Source: a virus (Duplodnaviria; Heunggongvirae; Uroviricota; Caudoviricetes). Taken from it: a DNA stretch of 64,000 nucleotides. The position numbers were made by a program, and so were the translations under genes. The notes under the pieces were generated by a model. It searched no databases and was not told the DNA's origin. It saw only the letters and a program-made list of their open reading frames with translations. The DNA is taken from IMG/VR virus record IMGVR_UViG_2648501802_000002. One strand, written 5' to 3'. Below, piece by piece: positions 38,703 to 51,014 of this stretch. Within the stretch, counting starts at the first letter, position 1. The number at the start of each line of letters is the position of its first letter.

Positions 38703-41700
38703 TTACCTCTCGCTTTTCTGCAATAAAAAAGGCGTCATTTCTGACGCCCGTATTGGGGTTATAAAATTCAGCTGATACTGATGCCTGCGGTGGCTTTCTT
38801 CATCACCACAACCAGCAAATCGCTGATACTTGCTGTGGGATACCAGCCATTTACCCACCATGCTGATACCGAAAACTCCAGTGTCATTACCACTGCCTGC
38901 AGGCATATCAATAACACCCGTGTATATCAGAGTATTATCCAGAGCCGTTCGGTTATAAATTTCAGCCCCCGTTTTTTCTCCTATCAGACGGCATGACGAA
39001 TAAGTATCGCTATTTCTCCGTTCATCGTCTGGCACCGCTGAAAGCCACCGCCGGATAACAATTTGCCGGTCAAACGGCTGATCGTCATAAACCCTGACGG
39101 TAATGGTCCCTGATGGCCACCGTTCCGGTGCACGGGAGTCACGGGGGAAAGCTTTGCCCACTGTTTTAACGAGATCGCCTTCAATCTGGTTCGCGGACAG
39201 TTTTCCCAGAACCCGGCAGTTCTCGTTAATCGTGACGTTGTTGAGCGTCCCGGAGTTCGCATTCACGTTACCGCTGATATCGGCATTTTTTGCCGTCAGC
39301 CGCCCGTCCGGTGTCAGGGAAAATGCCGGAGGATTACCGCCGCTGGTAATGGTGGGAGCCGTCAGATATTTCAGGAACACTTCATTCATAAATATCTGAT
39401 CGCCCTGACCAACAAACATCGGCTTTGTGTTGCCATTCGCAGGATTAATCATCGCAATCCTGTCCGCCGCCAGCAGCACCTGACTCTGCATACCGTCAGG
39501 GGTATTCTCAATACCGGCACCAATACCCGCGATATAAAGGCGTCCGTCCTGCATCTGCTGCAGCTTCACAGCCCACATGCTGTTCAGGTTATTATTTGTA
39601 TCAACCTGAACCTTCTGTATCTGCTGAATTGCCGCACTCTGGTCTTCCAGTTTCTTATTGACGGTCTGCGTGATTTCATTGCTGACATCCGTAATGGACG
39701 TCCTGATTTCAGCCAGGTCAGGCGCAAGCTGACCGTTATCAATCTGCGTCCACAGCTCCTGAGCCAGATGGCTTTTCCCTATCTCTCCTTTGAAAAAATC
39801 CAGATAGCCGGATGCATCATCACTCGGCTGGCCAACAGCCTCCACAAATGCCGATTTGCCAACGGTGTTCACACTGCGGATGTAAAAATAATAATCATGG
39901 CCCGGTTTGATATTGATACTGGCGGCTATCCAGTACAGCGCCGTGCCAAGATAGCGGGCTGTGGTTTCAACCTGCCTGATATCGGTAATCCGCTTTTCCG
40001 AGAACCAGAACTCAAACTGTACCGTCGGGTCATAAATGGCAAGATGCGGCGTGGCGGTTATCTGAAAATAGCCCGGCGTCAGCTCAATCCTCGACGGTGC
40101 TGCCGGTGCGGCAATCCGGAACGATACCGACGCCGCATCGCCCTGCTGCCCCCACGCATTTACCGCCCGGACTGTCAGCCTGTAGTTCCCCAGCGCCAGT
40201 TGCGTGAAGCGGTATGTGGTTTCCGTCGTCCGGGCCGTGCTGACCAGCCGCTCACTGCCGTCGTCCGCTGTTACGGTCAGACGGAGCAGGAAGCTCACGC
40301 CCTTCACCACCTTCGGTGTGTCCCATCGCGCCAGCACCTGATATTCCCCGCTGTCTGCAGTGACTTCTGCGGTCAGGTGCTGCACCGCTGGCGGCGTGAC
40401 ACCATTCACCGTGCCACTCTGTTCGCCGTCAAAGTGCGCCCCGTTATCCACGATGGCCTCTTTTTCCGGCACATGCTGCACGGCGGTGATGGCATACGTG
40501 CCGTCGTCGTTCTCACGGATACTCACGCAGCGGAACAGGCGCTGGCGCAGCGTCGGCAGCTTCAGCCCCCATACGCTGTATTCAGCAACACCCTCAGGAA
40601 CACGGCTCACTTTTACCTTCACGCCGTCGTTGACGGACTGAACCTCCACGCTGACCGGATTGCCACTTCCGTCAACCAGGCTTATCAGCGTGGTACCGGA
40701 GGATGGCAGCGTGATTTCACGGTCGAGCGTCAGCGTCCGGGTCTGGCTGTTCACCGCCAGCACACGACCACCGGTGCTGATACCGGCATAGTCATCATCG
40801 CAGATTTCAATAACATCGCCCGGTACATGGCGAAGCCCTTCTGCGCCGACGCTGAAATCCACGGTCTGCGTCTCCAGCAGCTCCGTTTTAATCAGCCACA
40901 GCCCGGCGCGGTGTGCCTGCCCCCGGCTGGTACAGCCAAAGGCATCCATCTTCGTAACATTACGACCGTAACGGGCAATGGCCTGCGTATCTTCAACAAG
41001 CTCTGTCGCCGTCTCCCAGCCGTTGTCCGGGTCAATCCAGTTCACCTCAACGGCATTATGGCGGTCTTTCAGGGCGCTGAAGCTGTAGCGGAACGGCGCG
41101 CCATCATCCGGCATCACCACATTACTGCGGTTATAGGTCCACGCCTTATCCGACGGTCGGTCCTGCACGAACGTCAGCGTCTGCCCGTTCCATACCGGCA
41201 TACAGCGCATCGCCGAGCAGAAATCACTGAGAACGTCCCACGCCTTGCGCTGTGTGGTCAGGTACGCATTACAGGTGATGCGCGGCTCCGTGCCGCCAAA
41301 GCCGTCCGGCACTGACTGGTCGCAGTACTGGCCGATGACATACAGCGCCCATTTGTCCACATCCGCCGCACCAAGACGTTTCCCCATGCCGTAGCGCGGA
41401 TGGGTCAGCATATCCCACAGACACCAGGCCATGTTGTTGCTGTATGCTGGCTTAAACGTTCCGTCCCAGATACCGCTGTATTGTCGCGTCTGCGGGTTAT
41501 AGTTCGACGGCACCTGCAGAATGCGCCCGCGAAGATGATAATTACGACTCACCTGCTGGCTGCCGAACTGCTCCGAGTCCACCTGTACGCCGACCAGTGC
41601 CGTGTTCGGGTAGCACTGTTTCACATCGATGATTTCGGTGTATGACGACCAGAGCGTTTTGTTCTGCAGCTGGTCTGTGGTGCTGTCCGGCGTCATCCTG

Positions 41701-42245
41701 CGCATCCGGATATTAAACGGGCGCGGCGGCAGGTTATCCACCACCACCGAGGCCAGATACTGCGAGGTGGTTTTGCCTTTAATGGTGATGTCTTTTTCCG
41801 TCACCCAGCCACCGTTACGCTGTATCTGAACCAGCAGGCGGACTTCCGACGGATTCCGGTCCCCCTTTGAGGTGGTTTCCACCAGTGCCTGCACACCGAA
41901 GGTAAAGCGCAGACGGTCGATGTTTGCAGACGTGATGGTCCGGGTAATCGGCGTGTCGTACTTCACTTCCGTACCCAGCACCGTCTCGGAGCCGGAGGAT
42001 TCAAACCCCTCCGGCGGTGTCTGCTCCTGCTCACCGGCACGGAACACCACCGTGACACCGGAGATGTTGGTATTCCCCTCAGTGTCCAGCACCGGCGTAC
42101 TGTTCAGCAGCACGCTTTTTAATCCATCCACCGGACCTTCAACCGGCCCTTCGCTGATGGCATCGATCACACTCAGCAACTGCGTGGACTTCAGGTTGTC
42201 CTTCGCTTCGCGCGGGGTATGCCCCTTACTGCTTCCTTTACTCAT
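38703..42245 (-). CDS. J: Tail tip host-specificity protein J
   Basis: 1180-aa ORF following I; lambda J-like throughout. Confidence 0.85.
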   Translation of the reverse strand: MSKGSSKGHTPREAKDNLKSTQLLSVIDAISEGPVEGPVDGLKSVLLNSTPVLDTEGNTNISGVTVVFRAGEQEQTPPEGFESSGSETVLGTEVKYDTPITRTITSANIDRLRFTFGVQALVETTSKGDRNPSEVRLLVQIQRNGGWVTEKDITIKGKTTSQYLASVVVDNLPPRPFNIRMRRMTPDSTTDQLQNKTLWSSYTEIIDVKQCYPNTALVGVQVDSEQFGSQQVSRNYHLRGRILQVPSNYNPQTRQYSGIWDGTFKPAYSNNMAWCLWDMLTHPRYGMGKRLGAADVDKWALYVIGQYCDQSVPDGFGGTEPRITCNAYLTTQRKAWDVLSDFCSAMRCMPVWNGQTLTFVQDRPSDKAWTYNRSNVVMPDDGAPFRYSFSALKDRHNAVEVNWIDPDNGWETATELVEDTQAIARYGRNVTKMDAFGCTSRGQAHRAGLWLIKTELLETQTVDFSVGAEGLRHVPGDVIEICDDDYAGISTGGRVLAVNSQTRTLTLDREITLPSSGTTLISLVDGSGNPVSVEVQSVNDGVKVKVSRVPEGVAEYSVWGLKLPTLRQRLFRCVSIRENDDGTYAITAVQHVPEKEAIVDNGAHFDGEQSGTVNGVTPPAVQHLTAEVTADSGEYQVLARWDTPKVVKGVSFLLRLTVTADDGSERLVSTARTTETTYRFTQLALGNYRLTVRAVNAWGQQGDAASVSFRIAAPAAPSRIELTPGYFQITATPHLAIYDPTVQFEFWFSEKRITDIRQVETTARYLGTALYWIAASINIKPGHDYYFYIRSVNTVGKSAFVEAVGQPSDDASGYLDFFKGEIGKSHLAQELWTQIDNGQLAPDLAEIRTSITDVSNEITQTVNKKLEDQSAAIQQIQKVQVDTNNNLNSMWAVKLQQMQDGRLYIAGIGAGIENTPDGMQSQVLLAADRIAMINPANGNTKPMFVGQGDQIFMNEVFLKYLTAPTITSGGNPPAFSLTPDGRLTAKNADISGNVNANSGTLNNVTINENCRVLGKLSANQIEGDLVKTVGKAFPRDSRAPERWPSGTITVRVYDDQPFDRQIVIRRWLSAVPDDERRNSDTYSSCRLIGEKTGAEIYNRTALDNTLIYTGVIDMPAGSGNDTGVFGISMVGKWLVSHSKYQRFAGCGDEESHRRHQYQLNFITPIRASEMTPFLLQKSER

Positions 42246-42305
42246 TCCTCACGCTCCATAAATGACAAAACCGCCCGCAGGCGGTTTCACATAAAACATT
42301 TTGCA

Positions 42306-42977
42306 TCAGCGACCAATCACCACAACCTGACCACCGTCCCCTTCGTCTGCCGTGCTGATCTCCTGAGAAACCACGCGTGACCCCACGCGCATTTCCCCGT
42401 ACAGAACAGGCAGAACATTGCCCTGGGCAACCATGTTATCCAGTGAGGAGAAATAGGTGTTCTGCTTACCGTTATCCGTTGTCTGTGTACGGGGAGTTCT
42501 GGCTTTCGGTGCCAGCATCTGCGCCACACCACCGAGGACCATACTGGCACCGAGAGAAAACAGGATGCCGGTCATACCACCGGCCCCAATGGCTGCCCCC
42601 CATGCTGCAAGGGTGGCTCCGGCGGTAAAGAATGATCCGGCAATGGCGGCAGCCCCCAGGACAATCTGGAATACGCCACCTGACTTGGCCCCGGCGACTC
42701 TGGGAACAATATGAATCACAGCGCCATCAGGCAGAGTCTCATGTAACTGCGCCGTTAACCCGGACGTGCTGACGTCCCGCCCGGCAATCCGTACCTGATA
42801 CCAGCCGTCGCTCAGTTTCTGACGAAACGCCGGGAGCTGTGTGGCCAGTGCCCGGATGGCTTCAGCCCCCGTTTTCACACGAAGGTCGATGCGGCGACCA
42901 AATCGTTGTAAATCCCCGTAAAGGCAGATGCGCGCCATGCCCGGTGACGCCAGAGGGAGTGTGTGCGTCGCTGCCAT
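42306..42977 (-). CDS. I: Tail assembly protein I
   Basis: 223-aa ORF; lambda I-like, Gly/Ala-rich hydrophobic centre. Confidence 0.8.
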   Translation of the reverse strand: MAATHTLPLASPGMARICLYGDLQRFGRRIDLRVKTGAEAIRALATQLPAFRQKLSDGWYQVRIAGRDVSTSGLTAQLHETLPDGAVIHIVPRVAGAKSGGVFQIVLGAAAIAGSFFTAGATLAAWGAAIGAGGMTGILFSLGASMVLGGVAQMLAPKARTPRTQTTDNGKQNTYFSSLDNMVAQGNVLPVLYGEMRVGSRVVSQEISTADEGDGGQVVVIGR

Positions 42978-43619
42978 TTGTCGGTGTACCTCTCTCGTTT
43001 GCTCAGTTGTTCAGGAATATGGTGCAGCAGCTCACCGTCACCACAGTAAATGGCGGCATGATTCGGCACCGATGAACCAAAACAGCACAGCAGCACATCG
43101 CCCGGCTGCGCCGCTGACAACGGCACCTGATACAGCCCTGTGGCCTCCAGATTATCCAGATAGAGATTCTGACCGTGACGCCACCAGTCATCCCCGCGAT
43201 GAAAATCCGGCATCTCAATCCCCGCCAGATGATAAGCATCCCGGAACAGCGTGTAACAGTCCGTCACCCCCGTGCTCAAAGCGCCGCCCGGTGAGATGCG
43301 GCACACAGCGGAACTTATGAATCGCCCCCCGGCAGACCAGCCACCACGGCAAATCACTCTGCACCTGCAGCCGCCGGTCAGCCTCACTCAGCCAGGGCAG
43401 ACCACCGGGGTGGCTGTGGACCAGCGCCACAATCTCACCCTGCATTTCTGCCTGCAGCCAGTCCTCCGGAGCCATCCGGAAATAATCCTCCGGCTCACCG
43501 GAAATATTCACGCCGGGAAAATATCTTTCCCCCTCCGGCGTGCTTACCACGAAGCCGCACGACTCCGCTGGCGCACATCGCCGGGCGTGCGCCAGAATCG
43601 CTGATTCTGTCTGTGTCAT
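42875..43619 (-). CDS. K: Tail assembly protein K (MPN/JAB + NlpC/P60); frame broken at a C5/G5 run as sequenced
   Basis: Upstream ORF MTQTESAILAHARRCAPAESCGFVVSTPEGERYF...HSHPGG...TGRRFEH switches frame at 43267-43271 into GVTDCYTLFRDAYHLAGIEMPDF...NHAAIYCGDGELLHH; together this is near-identical to lambda K. Confidence 0.8.
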
Positions 43620-43624
43620 GGGAT

Positions 43625-44323
43625 TTACTGCGAAAGTTTGTTAATGGAAAGGAAGCCGCCAAAGTTGCCGACGTTATTGCGAAACTTACAGCCACTCAGG
43701 CATTTGCTGCATTTATCCTTCGTGATATCGGACGTCGGCTGGTCATATTCATCCGCGACCGCCGGACCGCTATAACCGCACTCATCGCCGCGATAGGTCC
43801 AGGTGCAGGTGTTGGCCAGCATGATACGTCCCGGAAAAACAGCGCCATCCGTTTCAGTCGGCGTGGACAGTACAAAAGAGGCACTGACCGCGCTCAGTTC
43901 GCTGCACTGCTCGATGCGCCAGCGGCTGATCACCTCCTGCTCCGGATCGGCTTCGCTGTTTCCGTTGACGAAGTTCACCGCATCCAGAAAGCGGGCGTAA
44001 ACCTTACGCCGGACCACCGTTCCGCCGACCAGACTCTGCAGATCTTCCGCCATCCCGGTGATCATGCCGTGCAGGTTAGAGACCGTCAGTGTCGGACGGG
44101 CAGCACTGCCCTTGCCGTTCATCTCAAATCCACTCCCCTGAATGGGATAGGCCTGATACTGCCGACTCTGCCAGGTGACAGACTCACCTTTTTCGTTCTG
44201 CTCATTACAGAAAAAGTAGCGATCCCCGTCTACCTCTGTCAGGTCGATTTCCCAGAGCACCACGCTGGCAGACTGCTCCGCACGAATGCATTCATTCAGC
44301 GTTTCCTGTTGTATGTCCTGCAT
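43625..44323 (-). CDS. L: Minor tail protein L
   Basis: 232-aa ORF; lambda L-like with C-terminal Cys cluster. Confidence 0.85.
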   Translation of the reverse strand: MQDIQQETLNECIRAEQSASVVLWEIDLTEVDGDRYFFCNEQNEKGESVTWQSRQYQAYPIQGSGFEMNGKGSAARPTLTVSNLHGMITGMAEDLQSLVGGTVVRRKVYARFLDAVNFVNGNSEADPEQEVISRWRIEQCSELSAVSASFVLSTPTETDGAVFPGRIMLANTCTWTYRGDECGYSGPAVADEYDQPTSDITKDKCSKCLSGCKFRNNVGNFGGFLSINKLSQ

Positions 44324-44661
44324 CAGATCACCACTTCGTCAAACTGACACGAAAAATCGGTATAGGTGATATGTTCTGTCGCTGACCACGTTCGACACAC
44401 CACTCTGATTTTTCTGTTAATACCCGGCGGGCGCCAAAAAAAAGATTTATAGCCTTCATGCCGGGCTAAAAATTTTTCAAATGAATCACGTTCATTCGCC
44501 TCAACTTTGAAATCACAGGTGAAAACGCGCAGAGAATGATTAAGTCCATTTGGACTTCGTTGCTCATAACCATCGCCAAATCTTACAGTTTTTATCGATG
44601 GTTTATTTTCTGTTTTCATTCCATCCTCTGGTAACCAGTGAAATTCTTCCGTATTAGCCAC
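44323..44661 (-). CDS. M: Minor tail protein M
   Basis: 112-aa ORF between H and L, lambda M-like size and position. Confidence 0.8.
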
Positions 44662-47600
44662 TTAACATTCCCCCATCACGTCGCATATTTAACAGATTGC
44701 CCTGCACCCGCTGATCAACCATCCCCATAAGTGCTTTTATTGCCTGAGGGCCAATCTCTCCATTCTGGCCGTCATTTTGAATAGTGATTTGGTATACAGG
44801 GGCATAGGTAATATCTCCGCCTCCATTACCACTTTTACTATTAATAGCTCTGACACCAAGAGAACCATCGGAAGTTCGTGTTAATGGCATAATGGCTTCC
44901 GGACCAGCCTCACCAAAAACACCAGCCCCTCTTGCAAAAGCAAAAAATTGCGGGGAATCATAAATACCGTTCGAATACGTGTTCAATGACGGAGACTCAT
45001 AAACACCGCCCTTTGCATTCGGAATAAATTTACTAATAGCACTCCCGATAGTTCCTAAAATCCCCCCAGAAGAACTGTTACTAATGCTGTCGAAAATCCC
45101 AGTAATTGAAGCCTTTAATGCTATTCGACTAAGATCCGAAATCACGGAAGTAGCGAAAGAACGAAAATTTGCCTTGCCTGTCGTGACAAAATCACCCAGC
45201 GCATCGGTCATTCCATCAAACATCTGAGTCGTGGTTGATTTTATCTGCTCACTGATATCCTTAGTGTCATCCAGCCAGTTATTGAATCCCTGGGAGGCAC
45301 CACTAACCCAGTCTCCTGCCTGAATATCGAGCTGCTCGTTTTTCTGTCTGACAATTTCTTTTTCTCGTTCCAGAGCATCATTCAGAGCCTGCATTTTCTC
45401 CTGAAAAACATGATTTGACATCCCACGGGATTTATCTGCATAGTCACGTTCAAGTTGCAGACGCTGATTGTTATATTCACGTTCAATCCGCAGTAATTCC
45501 TGCTGGCGTTGCTGATTTTTATCGCCAACCCCATAACCAGCAATCTGAATATCATACCCCTGTTGACGATTATCAATCGAAGCCTGCAATGAATCACGCC
45601 ATGCAGCTATTTCGGCGGATTCCTTGATTAGCCTGTTATTTTTTTCAATCGCAACATTTTTCTCCATCAACGCGGTTATTTCTTCCAGGTGTAAGAGAAG
45701 CGATTTCTGATCCTGGGTTAATTTCGATGACGGTCGTGACTCCAGGTCGGCAATCTGCTGACGCCACTTAACCAGTTCCTGTTCAGAGGAACTTAATTTA
45801 ACGGTTAATTCAGTTTGTGAACTTAGTAACGCATTCTGTTGATTCAGATGATCAATCATTCGTTGGGCAGCATCATCCGAATAACCTTTCGCCTTTGGTT
45901 GCTTTGGATCTTTATAACGCTCATTTATTTGAGCGATAAAATTATTATATTCTTCCTTTGAATACTGACTCTTTAGCTTTTCCAGTTTTGCAAGTTCACT
46001 AGCTCTCTGCTGCTCCCGGGTCTGATATTGTTTTGAAAAGGCATCTGCTCTCTGTCTGAGTTCAATTCCTTCCTGTTGTCGCTTGTTGTAATCGTTTATT
46101 GATGAATTTAGGACGTCCTGAGCAATTTTTTCTGCTTGAAGTACGCCCAATTGCTGCTTTAATCGTGCCAGCCTTTTATTTTGAGCTCCGCCATCTCCAA
46201 TGCCACCTAACCCGAAAACTCCGGGTCGGGTATTTTTTTCTATTTCATCAATTTGACGGAGAACATCTGAGATTTTTTGATCAAGGGAGGCCTCACGGCC
46301 AATGTCCAGCATGGAATCCCATGCCCATTTTGCGGAGTCTGCGACAGCTTTCCATGCAGTCTCAAGATAACCAAGATTTTCTTTAATCTGGTTGGTGCGC
46401 TGGATCATTGAGGATGAGTATTCTTCTGTCGCAATGCGGGCGGCCTCCTGCTGGTTCCCTTCATCCTGTAGCGCCTTAATCTGGTTATAAGTCGCAAGTG
46501 TCAGAAAATGGTACTGATCATTAAGTTTTGATATGGCACTGACAGGATCCTTTGCAATTTCATTGAAGTCATTAACCAGTTGTTCGGTTGATATTCCTGT
46601 TACTTCGCTCGTTTTTACTATCGCTGTCGTCACTTGCTCCAGCGAACTGCTCGCTACCTTTCCCGAACGCACAAGCTGATTTAATACTGCCGCCGCAGCA
46701 CCAGTTGTCGAATCAGCCGCATTCCCGGCACGTTGAGCTATATCGCCCAATTGCCCGCTGGTTGTCCCCAACTGATTTCCGGTAAGAATAAGAGATTTAT
46801 TAAATTCGTCCTGCTCCTGAGAGCCTTTATAGTAAGCCAGTCCTAAGACCCCAACGGCTGCTGCGGCCAGGGTAAAAGGATTAATTAATCCCAGCACATA
46901 AGAACCTACACCTTTGATCGCCGGGCCAATCCCACCGAACATATCTTTTAGCTGGCCGCCCTGCTGCATTAACACCATAAATGGCGACTGACCAGTGGAC
47001 AACCCAACAACAATATCCGTCATTTGTGCAGGCAACATGCGCATAGCAAAAGCCGTTTGTTTTGCCGACATTCCGGTTTTGCTTAATTGTGATTGAGTAA
47101 CCTCAAGCTCACTCCGCATAGCACGAAGTTTTCCAGAAAGCTCCTCATACATTTCAGGAGAAAGCATCCCCTTAGCTTTTGCTTCATTGAGCTGTTTCTG
47201 TTGTTCTACCAGACGATTAAAAGCAGTTCCGACAGGATCAAGTTGAGCAATCAGACGTTGCAAAGCAACAACCTGTTCATCATGCGCTTTTGCTGCTTCT
47301 CGCTCTGCCTGAGCCTCTCCGGTAAGCTCTCGCCGTGTTTCCTGTATTTTTCGGCTATAATTCTCAAACTGAGAACCATTTATTTTCCCGGATGCAAACG
47401 CAGCATTAAGTTCATCATGCTGTTGTTCAAGATTTCTTAGCGCCGCAGCCAGAGGGTCGATCTTGTCCAGCATTCTTTGAAAGGCCTGAGCCTGCGCTTC
47501 CTGCTGGGCGGCAGCAAGTTTTCCGGCCTTCTCGGCTTCTCTCTGCGCTTGCGCAACCCCGCTCAATTCCTCTGTGGTTTCATTAAGTTTACGGACAAGA

Positions 47601-47887
47601 AATTCATATTCTTCTTTATCAATAAGCCCTTTATCGAAAAATTTCTTTAATTCAGAATAGCGTCGACCGACAGTATCAATTGCGGCACCAACTGGATCAA
47701 TAGCTGCTTTTAATTTTGCGAGCGCGTTCTTCTCATCTTCTGTTGCCTTAGTCACTTTCCCTGCGCTATTTGCAGCAGTTTCCCCAGCCTGCGTCATTTT
47801 GACTAATGAGGAGGTCAGATTGTCAGCATTATTTTTCGCTCCAGTGCTATCAATAATTATTGCGAGACGCGAGGTTTGCTCTGCCAT
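44654..47887 (-). CDS. H: Tail tape measure protein H
   Basis: 1077-aa coiled-coil-rich ORF downstream of G/T. Confidence 0.85.
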
Positions 47888-47902
47888 TTATTAAAACTCC
47901 TG

Positions 47903-47932
47903 ACAACAAAAAACCCACCGCGAAGTGGGTTT
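47903..47932 (-). terminator. Candidate intrinsic terminator between G/T and H
   Basis: Minus-strand hairpin AAACCCAC-TTCGCG-GTGGGTTT followed by TTTGTTG. Confidence 0.35.
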
Positions 47933-48052
47933 CAGGCGACATAATAGTAGATATAGCGATTACGAGGCCACGCAATGCTTTTCTCCAGGAGCATCATCGA
48001 TTTAATTAAAGACACCATCACATCTCTGTAACAGAGTGTACGTAATTAACAA

Positions 48053-48373
48053 CTACACACACTGCTCCTGAAAATACTGGTCATCCAGTGCAAAGATCAC
48101 TGCTTCAAATTCATCGCGCTCAATCAATACCGGATGAGTGGCTAAATATTCATTTATCTCTGTCAGAGATAAAGGCAAAGGCACCCCAGCCATTCCAGCA
48201 TAACGTCGGGCACGGGATATTACCGAATAGGCGTACAACAACTCCTTAAGCACCGGGTCTATTTCTGGTTCCGGTATCGGTGGCAACCTGAGTTTTTCTC
48301 GCTTCCATCTTGCCTTTTCCCCCCTTTCTCCCCCGAACTCCGATAACCACCGCTGGGCAGCTATGGCTTTTTT
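48053..48373 (-). CDS. T: Tail assembly chaperone T-extension (expressed as G-T fusion by -1 frameshift)
   Basis: -1 frame downstream of the slip site is open to 48053 (...KKAIAAQRWLSEF...PEPEIDPVLKELLYAYSV...); no independent start. Confidence 0.6.
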   Translation of the reverse strand, partial: KKAIAAQRWLSEFGGERGEKARWKREKLRLPPIPEPEIDPVLKELLYAYSVISRARRYAGMAGVPLPLSLTEINEYLATHPVLIERDEFEAVIFALDDQYFQEQCV

Positions 48374-48756
48374 ATCGTATCCTGCTTCTGCTGCTCTTTA
48401 CCCTGGGCGATGCTGGCTGCTTCTGCAAGGATCTGCCAGTACAACTCTGGATTCTGCTTAAGCAGCGCGATCCCTCGTTCTGCCGTATATTCCAGTGCAA
48501 CCTCAACACCATTAACCAGTTCACCAACCCCTTTCCAGTCTTTCAGCAGATAACGAGCGGCATTATCAATGAGTAAATCATCAACAGAATCCACCTCGGA
48601 AACCTTTGAAATATCAAACTCCTTCGTTCCGACGTGCAAACTGGCATCCATTTTCTCAATGTGGCGACGGATTAATGCATTACGGGAGCGATACTGATCG
48701 TTATCGCTGCTTGCCACCAACAGTTTTAACCCGTCTACAGGTTTTAAGTCCTTCAT
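48361..48756 (-). CDS. G: Tail assembly chaperone G
   Basis: Start set at internal ATG (MKDLKPVDG...) preceded by GGAGAA; ends ...KEQQKQDTIKKP immediately after the slippery site. Confidence 0.65.
   Translation of the reverse strand: MKDLKPVDGLKLLVASSDNDQYRSRNALIRRHIEKMDASLHVGTKEFDISKVSEVDSVDDLLIDNAARYLLKDWKGVGELVNGVEVALEYTAERGIALLKQNPELYWQILAEAASIAQGKEQQKQDTIKKP
48367..48373 (-). other. Programmed -1 ribosomal frameshift slippery heptamer A-AAA-AAG (G/T)
   Basis: Minus strand ...GAT ACG ATA AAA AAG CCA TAG: heptamer AAAAAAG three codons before the G stop; -1 frame continues open. Confidence 0.55.
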
Positions 48757-48883
48757 TGGCGTAAACCAGCGTTCTCCACCAATGATAATTTTCTGATTAA
48801 GAATAAACATCCATAACCTCATTCAATGCGTCCCCCTGTAGGGCAGTACCACAGGAGGAATAACGGAAAATCAACTAATCGCC

Positions 48884-49834
48884 TCAGCACTGGCTTTTGC
48901 GATCACGGCAGCCGGGGAATTTTTTTTTTCTGGTTATCGTAGGTGCTTCATCTGCTGCGGTAATGCTCAATTGAACCTGGATAATGTCGCTATTACCCCC
49001 ATCAGGCCATTCACCTGACACCTGAACCTTCGGGAAACTGAAAGTGTATGCCCCCTCTCCATTCGAAAGCGTGAAGCTGAACGGAACTGTTTCTCCAGTC
49101 AGTGTTTTACTCCAGATTTCCCACGCGGCTTTAGACCATGAAAGCGTCACCGTACCGGACGGTGTAAAAGTAGTCGGAATATTTGCTCCTGCATAAGGCG
49201 AGCCAGTCCCGATACAACGCTGTGTCTGGAGTTTGTTATCGAACTGAATATCAAAACTGTCGATACAAAAACCGTTACCTCCGGCAACACCATTCAGGCT
49301 TACTGCTGAAACCTCCTTAAACGAATAACGTAGCTTTCCTGCACTATCCACAGGTTCGCCTTTGATAAAATTCGTATCATCGGCCTTTGATTCCCAGTCC
49401 AGTCCGGCAAAGGTTACGGTCGCTGTAATATCGCCGTCGTTAGGGATCTGCATTTTCCATGAGCCAACCTGCGCTCCTCTGACGACAGAGGCAATTCCGA
49501 CATCGGACGCATAGGTCGCCAGAGAAAATGTTATTCGCTCATTCCCCATTGTCAGAGAATCGCCTGACCATTCCGCGCCGAAACAGGATGCAAGAAAATC
49601 ATCATGTTGACCCCAGCGAAATTTGGTACCAACATCACCGCCGACATCCACAGTGCCAGGCGTCGCCCCCTGAGCCATCCGGGAGCCACCAATCTCATTA
49701 TTTTCGCCTTTATTATGGGTGGGTTTTACTCCCCAGCTTGTGCGTTTTAATAAACTCCAGTCACCACTTGCTGGCGTAGTGCCTGCAACCGTCTCCCGGA
49801 TAAATGCCGAGATAACCTTTGCACCTGAACTCAC
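48884..49834 (-). CDS. V: Major tail protein (V-like); 3' end probably shifted by an A10 run
   Basis: 316-aa ORF; A10 run at 48925-48934 near 3' end; with one fewer A the product would end ...SPAAVIAKASAEAIS rather than ...FPGCRDRKSQC. Confidence 0.7.
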   Translation of the reverse strand: MSSGAKVISAFIRETVAGTTPASGDWSLLKRTSWGVKPTHNKGENNEIGGSRMAQGATPGTVDVGGDVGTKFRWGQHDDFLASCFGAEWSGDSLTMGNERITFSLATYASDVGIASVVRGAQVGSWKMQIPNDGDITATVTFAGLDWESKADDTNFIKGEPVDSAGKLRYSFKEVSAVSLNGVAGGNGFCIDSFDIQFDNKLQTQRCIGTGSPYAGANIPTTFTPSGTVTLSWSKAAWEIWSKTLTGETVPFSFTLSNGEGAYTFSFPKVQVSGEWPDGGNSDIIQVQLSITAADEAPTITRKKKFPGCRDRKSQC

Positions 49835-49860
49835 AGGAGCCTCCTATGTCATTAATTGCG

Positions 49861-50253
49861 CTAGAGCGCGCGATATGGAATTTGAAGATTAAGCTGGAAC
49901 CAGCCATTCTTTTCGCCAACGGCTATTGAGGAAACAGCCTGGTAACTGAGACGATCGTCATCCTGAAACTCAAACAGTTCCCGCAATTTATCGGCTGTCT
50001 CAGTAATGAGTTTTGAACCAGAACCTGCGGGGACAAATAACTGAATAATGATTATCCCCGTGCGATAAACAATCGGCCCCGCGCCAATTTCATTAACTCC
50101 AGCCTGCCCGGGAATATTACTTAACCGCGCCCAGATTAACTTACCGGAAGGATCGAACGTTGGCGCGTTCGGATACAATACGTCTTTTCCATCAATAATC
50201 GTCTGTGCCGTCATTCTGGAAATAACCGTATTTCTGATTTCAGTAAACGTCAT
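49861..50253 (-). CDS. Tail completion/terminator protein (U-like)
   Basis: 130-aa ORF immediately upstream of major tail gene. Confidence 0.5.
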   Translation of the reverse strand: MTFTEIRNTVISRMTAQTIIDGKDVLYPNAPTFDPSGKLIWARLSNIPGQAGVNEIGAGPIVYRTGIIIIQLFVPAGSGSKLITETADKLRELFEFQDDDRLSYQAVSSIAVGEKNGWFQLNLQIPYRAL

Positions 50254-50630
50254 TTGTAAGCCTGTAAAACACCATGAAAAGCGTTGGCATACACGCCAGT
50301 TGGCGCTTGTTGTGAATGACCGTTTTCAAGAGCCTCTGCATAAGGAAGGTTATTCTGGATATAAATAACTCCGTAATTTGCAGCTTTCGAAATAACCCCG
50401 ATCCCACGCTGAACAGCAATCGTACCGTTCGGATCCACGTTATCAGATATACCAAAATCGGGATGCTGTAACGACACCAGGTTGTTATTTCTGAAACGTC
50501 CGGTATCAACCGGAGCAGCAATATCAATAGCAGTAAGAATCTGAATAGCGATGTAGCGAATCTTCAGCCCTACATCTTCCTCAATCATCCCGGCAAATAT
50601 TGACGGTTCTATATCCCATGCCTTTGCCAT
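50250..50630 (-). CDS. Head-tail adaptor/tail attachment protein
   Basis: 126-aa ORF, translationally coupled within head-tail joining cluster. Confidence 0.45.
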   Translation of the reverse strand: MAKAWDIEPSIFAGMIEEDVGLKIRYIAIQILTAIDIAAPVDTGRFRNNNLVSLQHPDFGISDNVDPNGTIAVQRGIGVISKAANYGVIYIQNNLPYAEALENGHSQQAPTGVYANAFHGVLQAYK

Positions 50631-51014
50631 TTACGCTCTCCTTAACTGGATAGAGTAAACTGATGCGGAAGGATCTACACTTGCTGTAATTACCTCGTAT
50701 CGTTGTAACTGCCTTGATACAGGATCATAAATCTCAATAATATGGTCGACAGCTGGTTTATCCGTAACCTCGCATACCAGAGCGGTTAATTTAAGGTCAC
50801 CATGCAAAATATTAATCCCATCAATTCTGCCCAGCTTATAACGTGTCAACACGCCTCGCCCGGTATAGATTGCGGTGGATTCGCCGCCAGTTTCCGTCAC
50901 AGGATCCCAGTGCCGGTGCGTAACGTAAGAACCAGAAAAATCACTCACGGCGTCCGCTAAATCCTCATCAAAAGCAGCGGCAACCTCTGACTGAATCTCT
51001 TCACGAAGCCCCAT
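50631..51014 (-). CDS. Head-tail connector protein
   Basis: 127-aa ORF in head-tail joining cluster. Confidence 0.45.
   Translation of the reverse strand: MGLREEIQSEVAAAFDEDLADAVSDFSGSYVTHRHWDPVTETGGESTAIYTGRGVLTRYKLGRIDGINILHGDLKLTALVCEVTDKPAVDHIIEIYDPVSRQLQRYEVITASVDPSASVYSIQLRRA

Noticed and set aside
39768-41315. 515-aa plus-strand ORF
   Set aside because: Lies entirely antisense within the J gene in GC-rich sequence; Arg/Ala-rich low-complexity translation typical of a spurious antisense ORF.
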